Positions 4,995-5,037 of a stretch of 5,037 bases of DNA are shown here, piece after piece. The position numbers and the translations under genes are program-made. How positions within the stretch are numbered: the stretch's first letter is position 1; each line of letters begins with the position of its first letter. Source of the DNA: a virus (taxonomy: Duplodnaviria > Heunggongvirae > Uroviricota > Caudoviricetes); IMG/VR virus record IMGVR_UViG_2563366883_000001, positions 1 through 5,037 of that record; one strand, given 5' to 3'. The notes beneath the pieces were generated by a model. It ran no database searches. It was not told the DNA's origin and saw nothing but the letters and a program-made list of their open reading frames with translations.

Positions 4995-5037
4995 GTGCGG
5001 GTATTACTTCGACCTGTTCTGGTACCGGAACTCGGGC
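4995..5037 (+). CDS. 5' fragment of a further ORF running off the window end
   Basis: GTG 4995 preceded by GGAGG at 4986-4990 (4-nt spacer); open to the end of the window (VRVLLRPVLVPELG...). Only 14 codons visible. Confidence 0.25.
   Translation, partial: MRVLLRPVLVPELG

Noticed and set aside
1-5037. Scan for tRNA, rRNA, CRISPR repeats, IS terminal inverted repeats, integrase or att sites
   Set aside because: No regularly spaced repeats, no tRNA-like structure, and no transposase or integrase reading frame visible in this window.

Overview
The window looks like an accessory (early-region-like) block of a lambdoid prophage from an E. coli-like enterobacterium, followed by a complete hok/mok/sok-type type I toxin-antitoxin locus. 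Positions 66-4006 carry nine tightly packed + strand genes, most joined by overlapping stop/start codons (GTGA/ATGA), consistent with one translationally coupled operon. Recognisable products are a DUF4406 (nucleoside 2-deoxyribosyltransferase-like) protein, an Ead/Ea22-like protein, a PD-(D/E)xK-motif putative nuclease and a DUF551 protein; the rest are hypothetical. The most interesting area is 3923-4650: two tiny hydrophobic ORFs with strong Shine-Dalgarno sequences that the ORF track missed, a 22-bp perfect palindrome, and a HokD/RelF-like toxin gene with its own promoter, in-frame mok, predicted antisense Sok and a UUCG-loop terminator. All family assignments rest on motifs recalled from memory; no database search was possible. 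No tRNA, rRNA, CRISPR array, IS element or integrase was seen.
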